A program made the position numbers and the translations under genes. Shown here in pieces: positions 29,985 through 40,200 of a DNA stretch of 64,000 nucleotides. Origin of the DNA: a virus (lineage: Duplodnaviria > Caudoviricetes). The notes beneath the pieces are model-generated. The model was given only the letters and a program-made list of their open reading frames with translations. It was not told where the DNA came from and searched no databases. The stretch is taken from IMG/VR virus record IMGVR_UViG_3300037067_009374, positions 1-64,000 of that record. One strand, given 5' to 3'. Positions within the stretch are counted from its first letter, which is position 1. Every line of letters begins with the position of its first letter.

Positions 29985-30884
29985 TTATCTCATCCCCAAT
30001 AAGTTTCGCCATTCAATAAGTCTTTCGGCTTTAAGAAAAGAATAAAAGCCATACTTTTCACACATATTTTCAAAGTTTTTCAGATAGAATACTTCATCAT
30101 TATCAATAGTTGGAACTATTGTACCTTCAAAAGGAAGTATTACAAGCTTCTTATTACGTTCGATTATTTGCTTGCCCCATTCAGATAAGATCGCAACATA
30201 TGTTTCTCTGCTTCTTGGTAGCTTACCAAGAACATATTTTATTGCTGTCTTTACCCCTACATTTTCAATACCTTTTACATAATCAGTATTACAACCAGAT
30301 ATTGCTAAGACTTCACCCCATTTATCAGGTTGTATTCCAAATTTATCATAGAAATCTTTATCTGTAGTTTTCTCCTTTGTTTTATGATCGTAAAGGAAAA
30401 CATCAGGTGATAATAGTTGAAAAAGGTCATGATCATTTCCCATTATTGCGATCTTTTCCTTTTTAGCATAAAGATCACTATGCATTGTTAATGCAGCTAA
30501 AATATCATCAGATTCATACCCATCCTGACAAAAGATATTTTTAAATCCCATTGAAGGTAAAACATCATCTTTGATTGTAGCAAATTGACCATAACAAATG
30601 TTGTTATAAATCAAGTCTTCCTCAGTAAGTTTGTTTTTGTCTTTTCTGTTCGCTTTGTATTCTGGATACATCATGTATCTTTTTGAAGTTCTTGAATCCC
30701 AACAAAAAATAAGCTTCCTTGATTTAAATTTCTTTATGAAACTTCCAATCTGTTGGAGAAAAACATATATTACTCCCGTGTTTATGTTTTCATGTTTAAG
30801 TCCCATACCTTTCATTGAATGTTTAGCAGTATTGGCAATGTAGTTGCAATCTACTATTATTGTGAGCTTATAATTTCCCACCAT
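29985..30884 (-). CDS. 5'-3' exonuclease/flap endonuclease (T4 RNase H-like)
   Basis: IVDCN, WDS..SKR...YPEYKANR, GYESDD, DHDLFQ, GIENVGVKTA (H3TH). Confidence 0.92.
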   Translation of the reverse strand: MVGNYKLTIIVDCNYIANTAKHSMKGMGLKHENINTGVIYVFLQQIGSFIKKFKSRKLIFCWDSRTSKRYMMYPEYKANRKDKNKLTEEDLIYNNICYGQFATIKDDVLPSMGFKNIFCQDGYESDDILAALTMHSDLYAKKEKIAIMGNDHDLFQLLSPDVFLYDHKTKEKTTDKDFYDKFGIQPDKWGEVLAISGCNTDYVKGIENVGVKTAIKYVLGKLPRSRETYVAILSEWGKQIIERNKKLVILPFEGTIVPTIDNDEVFYLKNFENMCEKYGFYSFLKAERLIEWRNLLGMR

Positions 30885-31049
30885 ACTTTCCTTTCCACTG
30901 TTCTATTGGTTCAGCATCAATAGAAATTTTATCAATTCTATGATCATTTGAATGAAAAACAAATACATGAGCTACAACCATTTTATATTTATCTTGAAAT
31001 CCATTCAATATTTCTTGTATATGGTTTTCAAATATTTCTTTATCCATAC

Positions 31050-31313
31050 TTATTCTCCTAATTTATTCCAAATAATACAAGCAAAATGAGCTAATTTTAA
31101 CATATCTTCTTTTGCTTGTTCCGGACCTCTTTGTGTTGTTCCTATTCTATTTACATAAGCTTTCATATGGGCTTTAAGATCAGGTATTGACCAATTATTT
31201 AAATCATTATCTGGATCAGAAGTTGGATATTGTTTATCACAATATTCTGTAAGGTGTCTTATAACTTTTGGTTCAAATTTCTTCCATTTTTCATACCTAT
31301 CCCAAGGTTTCAT
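31050..31313 (-). CDS. Hypothetical protein
   Basis: ORF with RBS; DMLKLAHF-type C-terminus common in phage proteins. Confidence 0.5.
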   Translation of the reverse strand: MKPWDRYEKWKKFEPKVIRHLTEYCDKQYPTSDPDNDLNNWSIPDLKAHMKAYVNRIGTTQRGPEQAKEDMLKLAHFACIIWNKLGE

Positions 31314-31501
31314 TTACTACCCCTCATTCCATTAAAGATCCATAGCTTTTAGATGGTTCAGTTTTTTCGACTATTCCATAATATTCTCTCATTGCTTGTG
31401 CTGTTTCATCTTGAGATTCAAATCCATAAACTAATTGTCCATCTTTTGAAAAACACCAACCTCTTGGACTAAAATAATATACTAGATCAACAGTTTTAGA
31501 T

Positions 31502-31753
31502 TTATCTACCATTTTTTCCTTCCCATTTAATCATAATAGGACATGAATGTTCATGATAGGGAACAAGACAAACTGCCCACATTCCAACATATCGTGGTAT
31601 TCCTTTAAAATGTTCACGTAAAGAATTTTCAAAAGCATCATAAATAAGTGTATTTCTATACCCAATCCATTTCACTGCTTCAGTAGCATACCATTTACCT
31701 GATTCTTTAAAAAAGTCAACTCGTACCATTGATTCATCAATTGAATATCCCAT
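31502..31753 (-). CDS. Hypothetical phage protein
   Basis: ORF with AGGAG RBS; FFKESGKWY motif. Confidence 0.5.
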   Translation of the reverse strand: MGYSIDESMVRVDFFKESGKWYATEAVKWIGYRNTLIYDAFENSLREHFKGIPRYVGMWAVCLVPYHEHSCPIMIKWEGKNGR

Positions 31754-31762
31754 ATTAAACTC

Positions 31763-32860
31763 CTACCATTTAGATACCCTCTTTATTCTAGCTTCTTCCA
31801 TCATAGTATCCCATCTTGCTTGAATCATATCAAGTAAAACAACATATTGATCAGGGTTTTGCTCGAAGAAAGGGACAATACATTTTTCACCTTGACCCAT
31901 ATTTTCTGTTCCCCATTTGTACCAACTCCCATTCGGAACAATTATTCCTGTTTCAAGAGCAAAGTCCACAGCACTACCAATATAATCTATACCGTAACCT
32001 GCTATTATATTAAATCGAGTAGTTTTTGATGGAAGTGCAGCATGATTCTTTTCTACATCTATTTCTATTTCAAACCCTTGGATCATACCATTATCATGTT
32101 TCATTTCACCTTTTTGGTATAACCAATAGATTATTTCACAAGAATGATCAAGAGCATTACCCCCTGATCTTACATACTTTCTTTCCCAAGGTTTCCTGCC
32201 TACGTTATCTCTTATTTGAGATACAATATGGAATATACAATTAGAATCTTTGATCAGCTTTGTATTCTCAGCATGAAAGAAATTTGATAATACAGAAGGT
32301 ATTCCTACTTTATAATCCTGTTGTTCAATACCTTTCTTTGCATTCTTTTTGATTTCTCTAGCATTATCAAGGCGATCAAGAGCATCAAGGATAAGCAAAA
32401 TGGTATCATATTTTCCTTTCTTCTCAGAGAGTAGATTAATTGACCAATTACAAAACTGTTCAATTGTGTTTGAATGTTCCCATATTATATCGTTTATTGG
32501 TAAATGATTTTCTGCTGCAAGTTGATAATTGAATTTATTTTCAGGTTCGTTTACAGCTATAAGAACTTTCTTACCTTGTTTCTTACCTTCTCCATAAAAT
32601 ATATTATTTGCAAGCTCACACCACATCAATGTTTTACCAGTAGTTTGTCCTCCCACCCCATTTATGATTTTACCTTTCGGAAATCCATTATGAACATTTC
32701 CAGATAGAGCAAGGTTAAGAGTAGGACACCCTGATGTTACCCATTGTATTTGTTCTGGTACTATGATTTGATGTTGGGATTTGTCTTGGACATGTTCTAC
32801 CACTGTTTGAGCATCATCAGATGGGGGTTTTCTTCTAACCATCACCATTGGTTCTGTCAT
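31763..32860 (-). CDS. recA: RecA/UvsX-like recombinase
   Basis: SGCPTLNLALSG...GFPKGKI...GGQTTGKT; LILDAL; SQIRD; SGGNALDH; GIDYIG. Confidence 0.85.
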   Translation of the reverse strand: MTEPMVMVRRKPPSDDAQTVVEHVQDKSQHQIIVPEQIQWVTSGCPTLNLALSGNVHNGFPKGKIINGVGGQTTGKTLMWCELANNIFYGEGKKQGKKVLIAVNEPENKFNYQLAAENHLPINDIIWEHSNTIEQFCNWSINLLSEKKGKYDTILLILDALDRLDNAREIKKNAKKGIEQQDYKVGIPSVLSNFFHAENTKLIKDSNCIFHIVSQIRDNVGRKPWERKYVRSGGNALDHSCEIIYWLYQKGEMKHDNGMIQGFEIEIDVEKNHAALPSKTTRFNIIAGYGIDYIGSAVDFALETGIIVPNGSWYKWGTENMGQGEKCIVPFFEQNPDQYVVLLDMIQARWDTMMEEARIKRVSKW

Positions 32861-32875
32861 TTTATCACCTCATAT

Positions 32876-33811
32876 TTAATCCATCCAAATTCCGTTGTAT
32901 TGTGCTCTCAAAAAAGGAAGTCTATTTGCTTTATCACATTCAAGACAATACCAATATTTATAAAGAGGGTCAATTTCATACCAACCAAAACGCAGCATTT
33001 TTGCACCACAACATCCACAAGTGGGATTATTGGATTGTATCTCTTGTAAAAATTTTGATACATATCCTGTTTTGCGTCTTCGCAATTCAGCTAATTCCCA
33101 TACATAACTATAGATGTGCAAACCTTTTGAAACACCAATTGTTTCACCAGGATCAACACCTATTTGTTCTGCCATATGTTCTTTCAAGCATTGTATCCCA
33201 CCAAAATTTGCTGGTAATCCCCCCCATAAATCCCATGATCTAAAATAAGTCGTGAAATGCAATTTTCCATCTTGAATACGAGTATCAATCAATTGAAGAC
33301 AAGGAGGATCTTTTAAAAGCATATCCCCTGGTTGTGCAATACTCATACACAATTGATTATTTCGAATCTTGCCTGTTTTGTATTTGTCGATCACATATTG
33401 TACCTGATCAAAATTACATCTTTTTATATAATGTTCATATTTATCAGGATCAACTGGATTTGCTCTATTTAATCTTTGGCCGTATGTATAGTCTTCCTCT
33501 GATTTCTTTTCAGATGACATTAAATATAATACATAGGGATCACCTTCAAATCCTTCACCACCTTCAATATAACCTGGTGCAACGGGATTGGGAATCCCTG
33601 CATTTTTCATATCATCTGGAAGTTCTGGTTCAAATGGTCTTATTTCTGGATGGAGTATTTGAATAATCACAAAATCAAATTCTAATCTGTAATCTCCTGA
33701 ATAAGAACCTTCATCAATTTTAAACACCTTTCCATTATCCATGATAGACATTATCAATTGATGCCAAGCATCTGGAATTGTTGTTGCTTTAATTGAAACT
33801 ATATTCAACAT
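32876..33811 (-). CDS. thyA: Thymidylate synthase (archaeal-like ThyA) with C-terminal zinc-ribbon extension
   Basis: YTYGQRL, DPPCLQ, FRSWDLWGGLPAN (Asn implies dUMP specificity), GLHIY. Confidence 0.85.
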   Translation of the reverse strand: MLNIVSIKATTIPDAWHQLIMSIMDNGKVFKIDEGSYSGDYRLEFDFVIIQILHPEIRPFEPELPDDMKNAGIPNPVAPGYIEGGEGFEGDPYVLYLMSSEKKSEEDYTYGQRLNRANPVDPDKYEHYIKRCNFDQVQYVIDKYKTGKIRNNQLCMSIAQPGDMLLKDPPCLQLIDTRIQDGKLHFTTYFRSWDLWGGLPANFGGIQCLKEHMAEQIGVDPGETIGVSKGLHIYSYVWELAELRRRKTGYVSKFLQEIQSNNPTCGCCGAKMLRFGWYEIDPLYKYWYCLECDKANRLPFLRAQYNGIWMD

Positions 33812-33830
33812 TTAAAGCTCCTTAAAAAGA

Positions 33831-33976
33831 AAACTGTGATGGGGTGGGACTTGAACCCACAAATTTTAATGAATAATTGACTGGAGGGCGAAACCCACAA
33901 TGGGTATCTATATTCATTAAAACATAGTATGGGATAGGGATACTATACATTACCATTATGCTACCCATCACAGTTT
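33831..33976 (-). ncRNA. tRNA-like RNA 1 (non-canonical; giant variable arm)
   Basis: Acceptor TGATGGG/CCCATCA, D-arm GCAT-AATGGTA-ATGT, 9-nt anticodon loop, 12-bp closed variable arm, T-arm GTGGG-TTCAAGT-CCCAC; no CCA. Confidence 0.75.
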
Positions 33977-33980
33977 AATA

Positions 33981-34063
33981 TAGCAGGAAAAGTAACTAAT
34001 GCCCCTCATGAAGTGATTACTGTAAGCCGTCAACTCTCACTTACACTAGCACTTTTCCTACTA
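33981..34063 (-). ncRNA. Candidate structured RNA (three-way junction) between the SSB gene and tRNA-like RNA 1
   Basis: TAGTAGGAAAAGT/ACTTTTCCTGCTA closing helix with an internal TGTAAG/CTTACA stem. Confidence 0.45.
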
Positions 34064-34068
34064 ACTGT

Positions 34069-35181
34069 TTAACCTCTTCGTCTTCTTGCAATAGGTGCAG
34101 AAGCAGTTTGTGTTGGTGTAGTTTCTACAGGTTTTGCTTCTTGTGTTGATGTTTCAACAGGTTGTGTTACAACTTCAGCAGGTTTGCTGCCTTGCAATTC
34201 TTGCTGCCTTGCTGCACAAGCATCCCAAACAGAACATTTACCACAGAAACTTATCTTCTGACAATCTGCACCAAATATACCCCCAAAAGGACATGTGGGA
34301 ATTGAAGCTTGTTTCTGTTCTTGTTCTGTAAATGCTTGACCAGGTTCAGGTCTATTTTCTTGTGAAGATATCTGTGCAGTAGGTTGTTGAGTAGTAGGAA
34401 CACTATAAGTAGCAGTACTACCAGCATCTCTTGGAGTTTGTTTCCAATCTTCATAAACTTCATCAAAGGTTGGAATGTGAATGATCATTTCAAGAGATAT
34501 AGCTTTCGCCATTATTTCTGCAGGAAGTGGCATTCTACGATCAACAAATTCATGGTTAATGTACTCTGTATCTGTAACACCTTTACCACTTCTTTCAAAG
34601 TAGATTCTTTTCCCATGTTGTGCATCAGGGGACATCCAAATACGCGACCCACCTTCAATAGGTATTTGAGCACGGCGTTGGATAGTCTTCTCAAAAATAT
34701 GGTAAGAACAATCCCACAACTGAACACCTTTCGCTTCTTGTTCGGCTGGCATATGAGACCAAATATTATAAAGATTTCTTCTCTTTGGTTTATTTGTATC
34801 AAGAAGTGTCTTACTAGGATTCTGTTTGAGCTTTTCGGCATCAAGATCATCACAAATAGGACATTTTTGTCCTAATGTTCTTGCAAGACAAAGCCTTCTT
34901 TTTTCAAGAGGGCCAATTTTTTCGTGTTGGTAAAATTCAATCGTATAATGCCATTTACCTTGTTCTTTATTGAAATGGAGATTTGTTGCTACAATAAATG
35001 GTATAACATCAATAAGATATTTACCTGCAGGAGTCTTGAAAAAATCTGGAGTTCCTTGAGGAAGGGGGTCAATAAACAACCCCTGCCATTTAAGATTTGA
35101 ACCTTTTTCAAGTCTATCAAATCCTTCGTTTTGTGCCTCGATTAATTGTTTAAGGATTTCGTCTTGCGATGCATCGTACAT
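34069..35181 (-). CDS. Single-stranded DNA-binding protein, T4 gp32-like, with Cys-rich C-terminal domain
   Basis: H...CLARTLGQKCPICD zinc site; GVQLWD; GKRIYFERSGKG..TEY. Confidence 0.7.
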   Translation of the reverse strand: MYDASQDEILKQLIEAQNEGFDRLEKGSNLKWQGLFIDPLPQGTPDFFKTPAGKYLIDVIPFIVATNLHFNKEQGKWHYTIEFYQHEKIGPLEKRRLCLARTLGQKCPICDDLDAEKLKQNPSKTLLDTNKPKRRNLYNIWSHMPAEQEAKGVQLWDCSYHIFEKTIQRRAQIPIEGGSRIWMSPDAQHGKRIYFERSGKGVTDTEYINHEFVDRRMPLPAEIMAKAISLEMIIHIPTFDEVYEDWKQTPRDAGSTATYSVPTTQQPTAQISSQENRPEPGQAFTEQEQKQASIPTCPFGGIFGADCQKISFCGKCSVWDACAARQQELQGSKPAEVVTQPVETSTQEAKPVETTPTQTASAPIARRRRG

Positions 35182-35301
35182 TCTTCACCCCTCTCGAAAG
35201 ATTTTTTCTCTTCAAAGTAAGCTCTGCAAATTGACCTTGTACAAAGCTTGATAATAATCGTAGGTATTGTACAAATACCAACACCAATACAAAACAAGAT
35301 T

Positions 35302-35796
35302 TTATGCATTGCGTTTTTGATATTGCTCCATATGAGCATCTAATTCATCCTCTTGATTTGGGATACCATCTCTGATTTCTCTTGATATCCTTTGTGCATC
35401 ACCATATTTATAAACCCAGAGTGATGTAAGACCTTGACATGCTGCTCGTCTTTGGAACTTCATTGCATCTTTTGCTTCAGCAAGTATCTTGGATGTTCTT
35501 ATTGCATCTGCCCACACTTCAGAAGCTATCTTATATTTTTCATTCATTCTGATAGCCATTTTAACCATTGCTTCAGTAAGTTTTTCAGGAAGGCTAAAAT
35601 CTTCTGGACTACTTCTTATCTCTGCTTCTATTTGTGATTCTATAATTTTATAGTTTTGTTCTGCCATTTTTAATTCATAATCAGCTTGCGCTGATTTCTC
35701 TGCCCATTTCATAGCAAGAGGACCATTACGATTCCATTCTTTGTCTAAGTTACATGGATCTACAAATAAATCTTCTTGATATTCATTTTCTGCCAT
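35302..35796 (-). CDS. UvsY-like recombination mediator
   Basis: Helical; KLTEAMVKMAI..NEKY pattern; lies next to the SSB and recombinase genes. Confidence 0.55.
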   Translation of the reverse strand: MAENEYQEDLFVDPCNLDKEWNRNGPLAMKWAEKSAQADYELKMAEQNYKIIESQIEAEIRSSPEDFSLPEKLTEAMVKMAIRMNEKYKIASEVWADAIRTSKILAEAKDAMKFQRRAACQGLTSLWVYKYGDAQRISREIRDGIPNQEDELDAHMEQYQKRNA

Positions 35797-35820
35797 TTAT
35801 ATTCTCTCCTTTCATTATAT

Positions 35821-35847
35821 ATGATAGCATATTATAATGAAATTTTT
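35821..35847 (-). promoter_or_regulatory. Putative phage promoter (AAAAATTTC-N9-TGCTATCAT)
   Basis: Extended -10 plus upstream box, repeated at the same spacing at three other intergenic sites. Confidence 0.55.
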
Positions 35848-35856
35848 GTAGAAAAC

Positions 35857-36882
35857 TTACACCTGACAAGCAGTGTAACAACTCATAATAAGTCCAGCAT
35901 AACCAGAATCATAGTAATTGTTCCAGAACATTTTAGTCATCATTGCAACACGAATATGATCTGGTGTATTTGTAAGTACCTTTGTAAGATAAGTCATTAC
36001 TCCGCGTCTAACTTTTTCTGGATCAGATTGACCTTTTGAATCTTTTACTTGAGCAAGAACCTTTACCATTGATTGCCATTTATCTTCCTTTGTTTTGTTG
36101 CTCAATAAAACATCACAAATATCTTTTACTGAAGCTTCACCAAGAAATGTTTGATCAATGGTTTCAATTGCTTGTTTTTCATCTTGTATATCTATTACTT
36201 TATCAAGGAGTTTTATTGCGTTTCTTGGTGATCCTTCACAATTAGCTACTATCTTTTGAATGATAGCAATGGGGAAGTTTTTCAAAACAAAATCTATGTC
36301 AGGGATAAAATTTTTATCGTCACTCCATTCAAGTTCTTCAGCAAGAATAGTGGCAATAACTTCAGATATTTCATCCCCTGATAATGTTCCCATACTAAAT
36401 GTTGTACATCTTGATCGTACAGTTTCTGGAAGTTTCTCTGGATCAGTTGTACAAAGAATAAACCAAACATGAGAAGGGGGTTCTTCCATCGGTTTCAATA
36501 AACACTCGAAGAAATCCTTGGTTGCCCGGTGAATTTCATCGAGCATATAAACAATAGCAGAACCTACTTGAGGTGCATACATGTATTCATCTTTAATAGC
36601 TCTTGCGTTGTCAATACCTCTTGCATCTCCAATATTGTATTCTCTGAAGTCAGGGTTGTAGTCTACTTCGTCATTGAAAGCTCCAAGATGTTTTGCTATG
36701 ATTCTGGCAATTGTCGTCTTCCCGGTTCCTTTTGGTCCCATAAGTAAGATACATTTTGGTATCTTATCTTTTGGTCTTTCCATTATGAGCTTTAGGGCAT
36801 CTACTGTATGTTTATTTCCAACAACTTCATTAAAATTTCTTGGTCTATATGCTACTGCTAAGTCAGCCATATTATCCCCCAA
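35857..36882 (-). CDS. dnaX: DNA polymerase III gamma/tau-like clamp loader
   Basis: YRPRNFNEVVG, GPKGTGKTT, LDEIH, LLKPMEEPP, TVRSRC, GSPRNA. Confidence 0.9.
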   Translation of the reverse strand: MGDNMADLAVAYRPRNFNEVVGNKHTVDALKLIMERPKDKIPKCILLMGPKGTGKTTIARIIAKHLGAFNDEVDYNPDFREYNIGDARGIDNARAIKDEYMYAPQVGSAIVYMLDEIHRATKDFFECLLKPMEEPPSHVWFILCTTDPEKLPETVRSRCTTFSMGTLSGDEISEVIATILAEELEWSDDKNFIPDIDFVLKNFPIAIIQKIVANCEGSPRNAIKLLDKVIDIQDEKQAIETIDQTFLGEASVKDICDVLLSNKTKEDKWQSMVKVLAQVKDSKGQSDPEKVRRGVMTYLTKVLTNTPDHIRVAMMTKMFWNNYYDSGYAGLIMSCYTACQV

Positions 36883-37270
36883 TAATAGATTTTAATACAC
36901 TGTAGAATATATCTCCTTGATCTACAAATATTTTTGTATAATCATCAGGAATAAATTGATCATCTGCATCTAATTTATCCTGTCTAAAAAGTTGGTATTC
37001 TTTTCCTAATTTAAAACTATTAAGTTCTTTCCCTGTAGTTTGATGTGGAGTGAAACGTATTTTTTTGTCTACAATTATTCGGGATGCATTAGTAAAAGAA
37101 TTTTGTTTATATTTACTACAAAATGGTTTATTATCTTTCATTGGAATTATACTTATTTCTTTAAATTGACAATTTTCACCTTCATTGAATTTACAATCAA
37201 TAACTTTGCATTCATTTATAAATGTTCCCATTCCAATTGATCTTACTTTTCCTAAAATTGATTCTTCCAT
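36872..37270 (-). CDS. Hypothetical Cys-containing protein
   Basis: CKVIDCKFN..NC motif. Confidence 0.5.
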   Translation of the reverse strand: MEESILGKVRSIGMGTFINECKVIDCKFNEGENCQFKEISIIPMKDNKPFCSKYKQNSFTNASRIIVDKKIRFTPHQTTGKELNSFKLGKEYQLFRQDKLDADDQFIPDDYTKIFVDQGDIFYSVLKSIIGG

Positions 37271-37271
37271 T

Positions 37272-40200
37272 TTACATCTCCCTTCCTATGATTTTTTCTC
37301 TAAACCAAGGACTATCCTTCTTTGCACAATATCCAGCTTCATCTATCTCAGTTTTATAGTACCATGGTGCTCCAATCATTGCAGACTCAAACTCTAAAGT
37401 TAATGGAACATTAATCCATTCATAATCTTCCCTTATTTTCTTAGTTCCAACATAATTTAAAGTTTCTCTTACATGTTCATATTCTGGTGGAAATAGATTA
37501 GTGATAGATTCATCATGAATCTGGAGTAAAAAAGAAGATTTTAGTTGTTCCCTTTTAAGTATCAGATTGCACTCAGTAATGGTTTTACAAAGTAGATGAA
37601 AAGCTGTCCCCTGGATCGGGGTGTTCCCTAACTGATTCATACTTTGATAACCACCACGTCTAAACCCATGCTTTAAAACTACATAACCTTTCTTTCTATA
37701 GAAATCTGCTGTTCTGAGTTGCCATTGTTTAAGATCACCAAATTGTTCTCCCCACATTCTATCTTCAACAGTTTTGCAGTGTGCTTTAAAAGCTTTAAGC
37801 TGAGTGTCAGGGTGAGTGTTCCTAGAGAACATACCGATGTTAATTAGATGATCTTCAAGAGTTATTCCACTTGCAGTTTTAAGATGAAGGCAAAAGAACC
37901 ACAATTGTTCTGCACAAGCTCCATACCAGTCACCATAGAACTGAGCGAATACCCATTTGTTCTTGGCGTAAAACCTGATATCTTTTGTTACTTCATTTGG
38001 GGACAACTTCCAAAGTTCCATTGCTTTATCTTTATGCATATCAGATTTTGGATCTGTTATGTATCTAATCAAGTTCTTGTCACCAGAATACATAGCAGCA
38101 ACACATACTTCAATTCCTTTATAATCTGCAAATAATAGTTGATGACCTTTTTCTGGAAACATCCCACTTCTACAAGATTTTTTTGCCATTTCTTCACGTA
38201 TTGGCACGTTTTGTAGATTAGGATCCGAGCATGAATTATGAACATTTATTTCATTAGCAATAAAATTGTGGCAATCCTCAATCTCAAGATCATAAACTTC
38301 AACAACCTTATTTATTTTTTCTATTCCTGTAATTATATGATTGTTAGGAACAAATTCTCCATGTTGATTTCCCCATTTTCTTTTTAGTTCAATCCCATAT
38401 AATTTAAGTAAATCTTTAAATCTGTAATAATTATGACCTAATTCTTTTCTGATACTGTTAAATCCTCTTCCTTCTTCAATTGCTTTTTCTAATCTACTTT
38501 TAGATATATATTTTCCTTTAATATCATATCTAATAGCAATTTCTTTATAATCCACTTTAAATTTGCTACAGTATGTAATAACAGTGGAATAATCATAGGG
38601 TGTTTGAGTAGGTTTTCCTTTTGATTTAGCTAAAGCTTTAAGGAAAGTAAATTTCGATAATTGTAAACCTTTACCTCCAGAATTTGCATATAATTCTGGA
38701 TTTTCTTTTCTTTTTCTTTTCATTATAATTGATCTTTGTTCCCTTATTTTTGGATCAGATCCTAACAAAGAAAAATGAAAAGAAGCATGAGAGCTTTTAC
38801 TTTCTTTTGCAAGATTATTAGGAGTATGATTAAAATGATTTAAATCTTTATGATGCACTATATCTTCAATATCTAAAGAACCAACTAATTGCTCATATAT
38901 AAATCTATGCTCAAGTACCCCTGTATTATGTTTTCCTGTATGTCCTGTAAAATATAATTGATCCCCTCTTCTGTTTAAAGAAAGAACTCTTATTTTTGGT
39001 GACCTTAATTTATCTTTGTTTGTTCTATAATCCCCTGTTAAATTTTGAGCTTCAATCCATCTACCATCTGCCAATCTAATTTTATGTTCAGGGGTAACAT
39101 CAATATACCCTCTATTATTTCTATGTCCTTTCCAGTGTATTCTAATTACTTCTCTCTCACCAGTTTTACCACTCCATAACACTTTTTTAATTTGTGGATT
39201 TAATTTATCATCAAAACAAAAAACATAATCTCCTGGTACTACATTTTCAATAGGAATACCATTAGGAAATTTTGAAATATCTCTAACAGTATCAATCATT
39301 GTTCCTTTTGCAATACAAGAACGAAGGCTCCTTGCAATATTTAAATTAATACTTGGATGGATTAATCCATCTATTGTTTCTCTTATAAACCCATTGATAT
39401 AGTTACCATCTATTTTTACATGATGTTTAAGATCAACAACTGTTTTGACAAATGGTAAATCAATACGTTCAAGGGAATCAGAATCAACACTAGGTTTCAT
39501 CCCACCTGATGTAAGTTTATGTGGGGGAATTTTTAGTATATCAAATAGAATAATCCTCATATCATCATCAGATAATTGTTTCCCAATTTTTATTTCTCTC
39601 CCTTTTTGTTCAAGGAACAATTGTGCTTCTCGACTATCTTTTATCTGCTGCTTTAGTTCTGCTATTTTATCTTGGAGTCTTTTCTTTTCACTTCTGTAAT
39701 ACTCAATATCACTTGGAAAACCTCTATCAGATATTTCCATAAAACATTTTGCTGCTTCAAAGAAAAATTCTCTAGCATCAGCTAGAGATCCACAACCAGG
39801 TTCTCTTTCATTTGTTAAGGTTTTCTTTTGTTCAAGAAGCAATCTATGACCAATTAAAGAATCATAAGCACCGTATTCCAATAATTCTTCAAGATCAACC
39901 TCTTCGATTCGATTAAATCCTGTATTACCCACTTCTTGTAGGTAAGGTTCAATATGCTCATTATATGGCTCTATTCCAAATTTTAGAAAAGCTTGTTTTT
40001 TTAATCCTGTATATTTGAACCTTGTATCTTCGATGTGGGCAGCATCCATTGTACACCAATATCTGTTTGCAATATCACACCCAAAGATATTTTTCGTAAG
40101 TGAGTATTCAAACTTGAAATTATGAGCTACCTTTTTAATCTTTGGTGACAACATTATTTTTCGCCACAAAGACTTGATTCTTATTTGATCATTTGCAGAT

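Noticed and set aside
32876-33811. ThyA homolog as a dCMP hydroxymethylase feeding the glycosyltransferases
   Set aside because: It has the dUMP-specifying Asn (PAN), and no supporting dCTPase or kinase genes are recognisable; dUMP hydroxymethylase activity cannot be fully excluded
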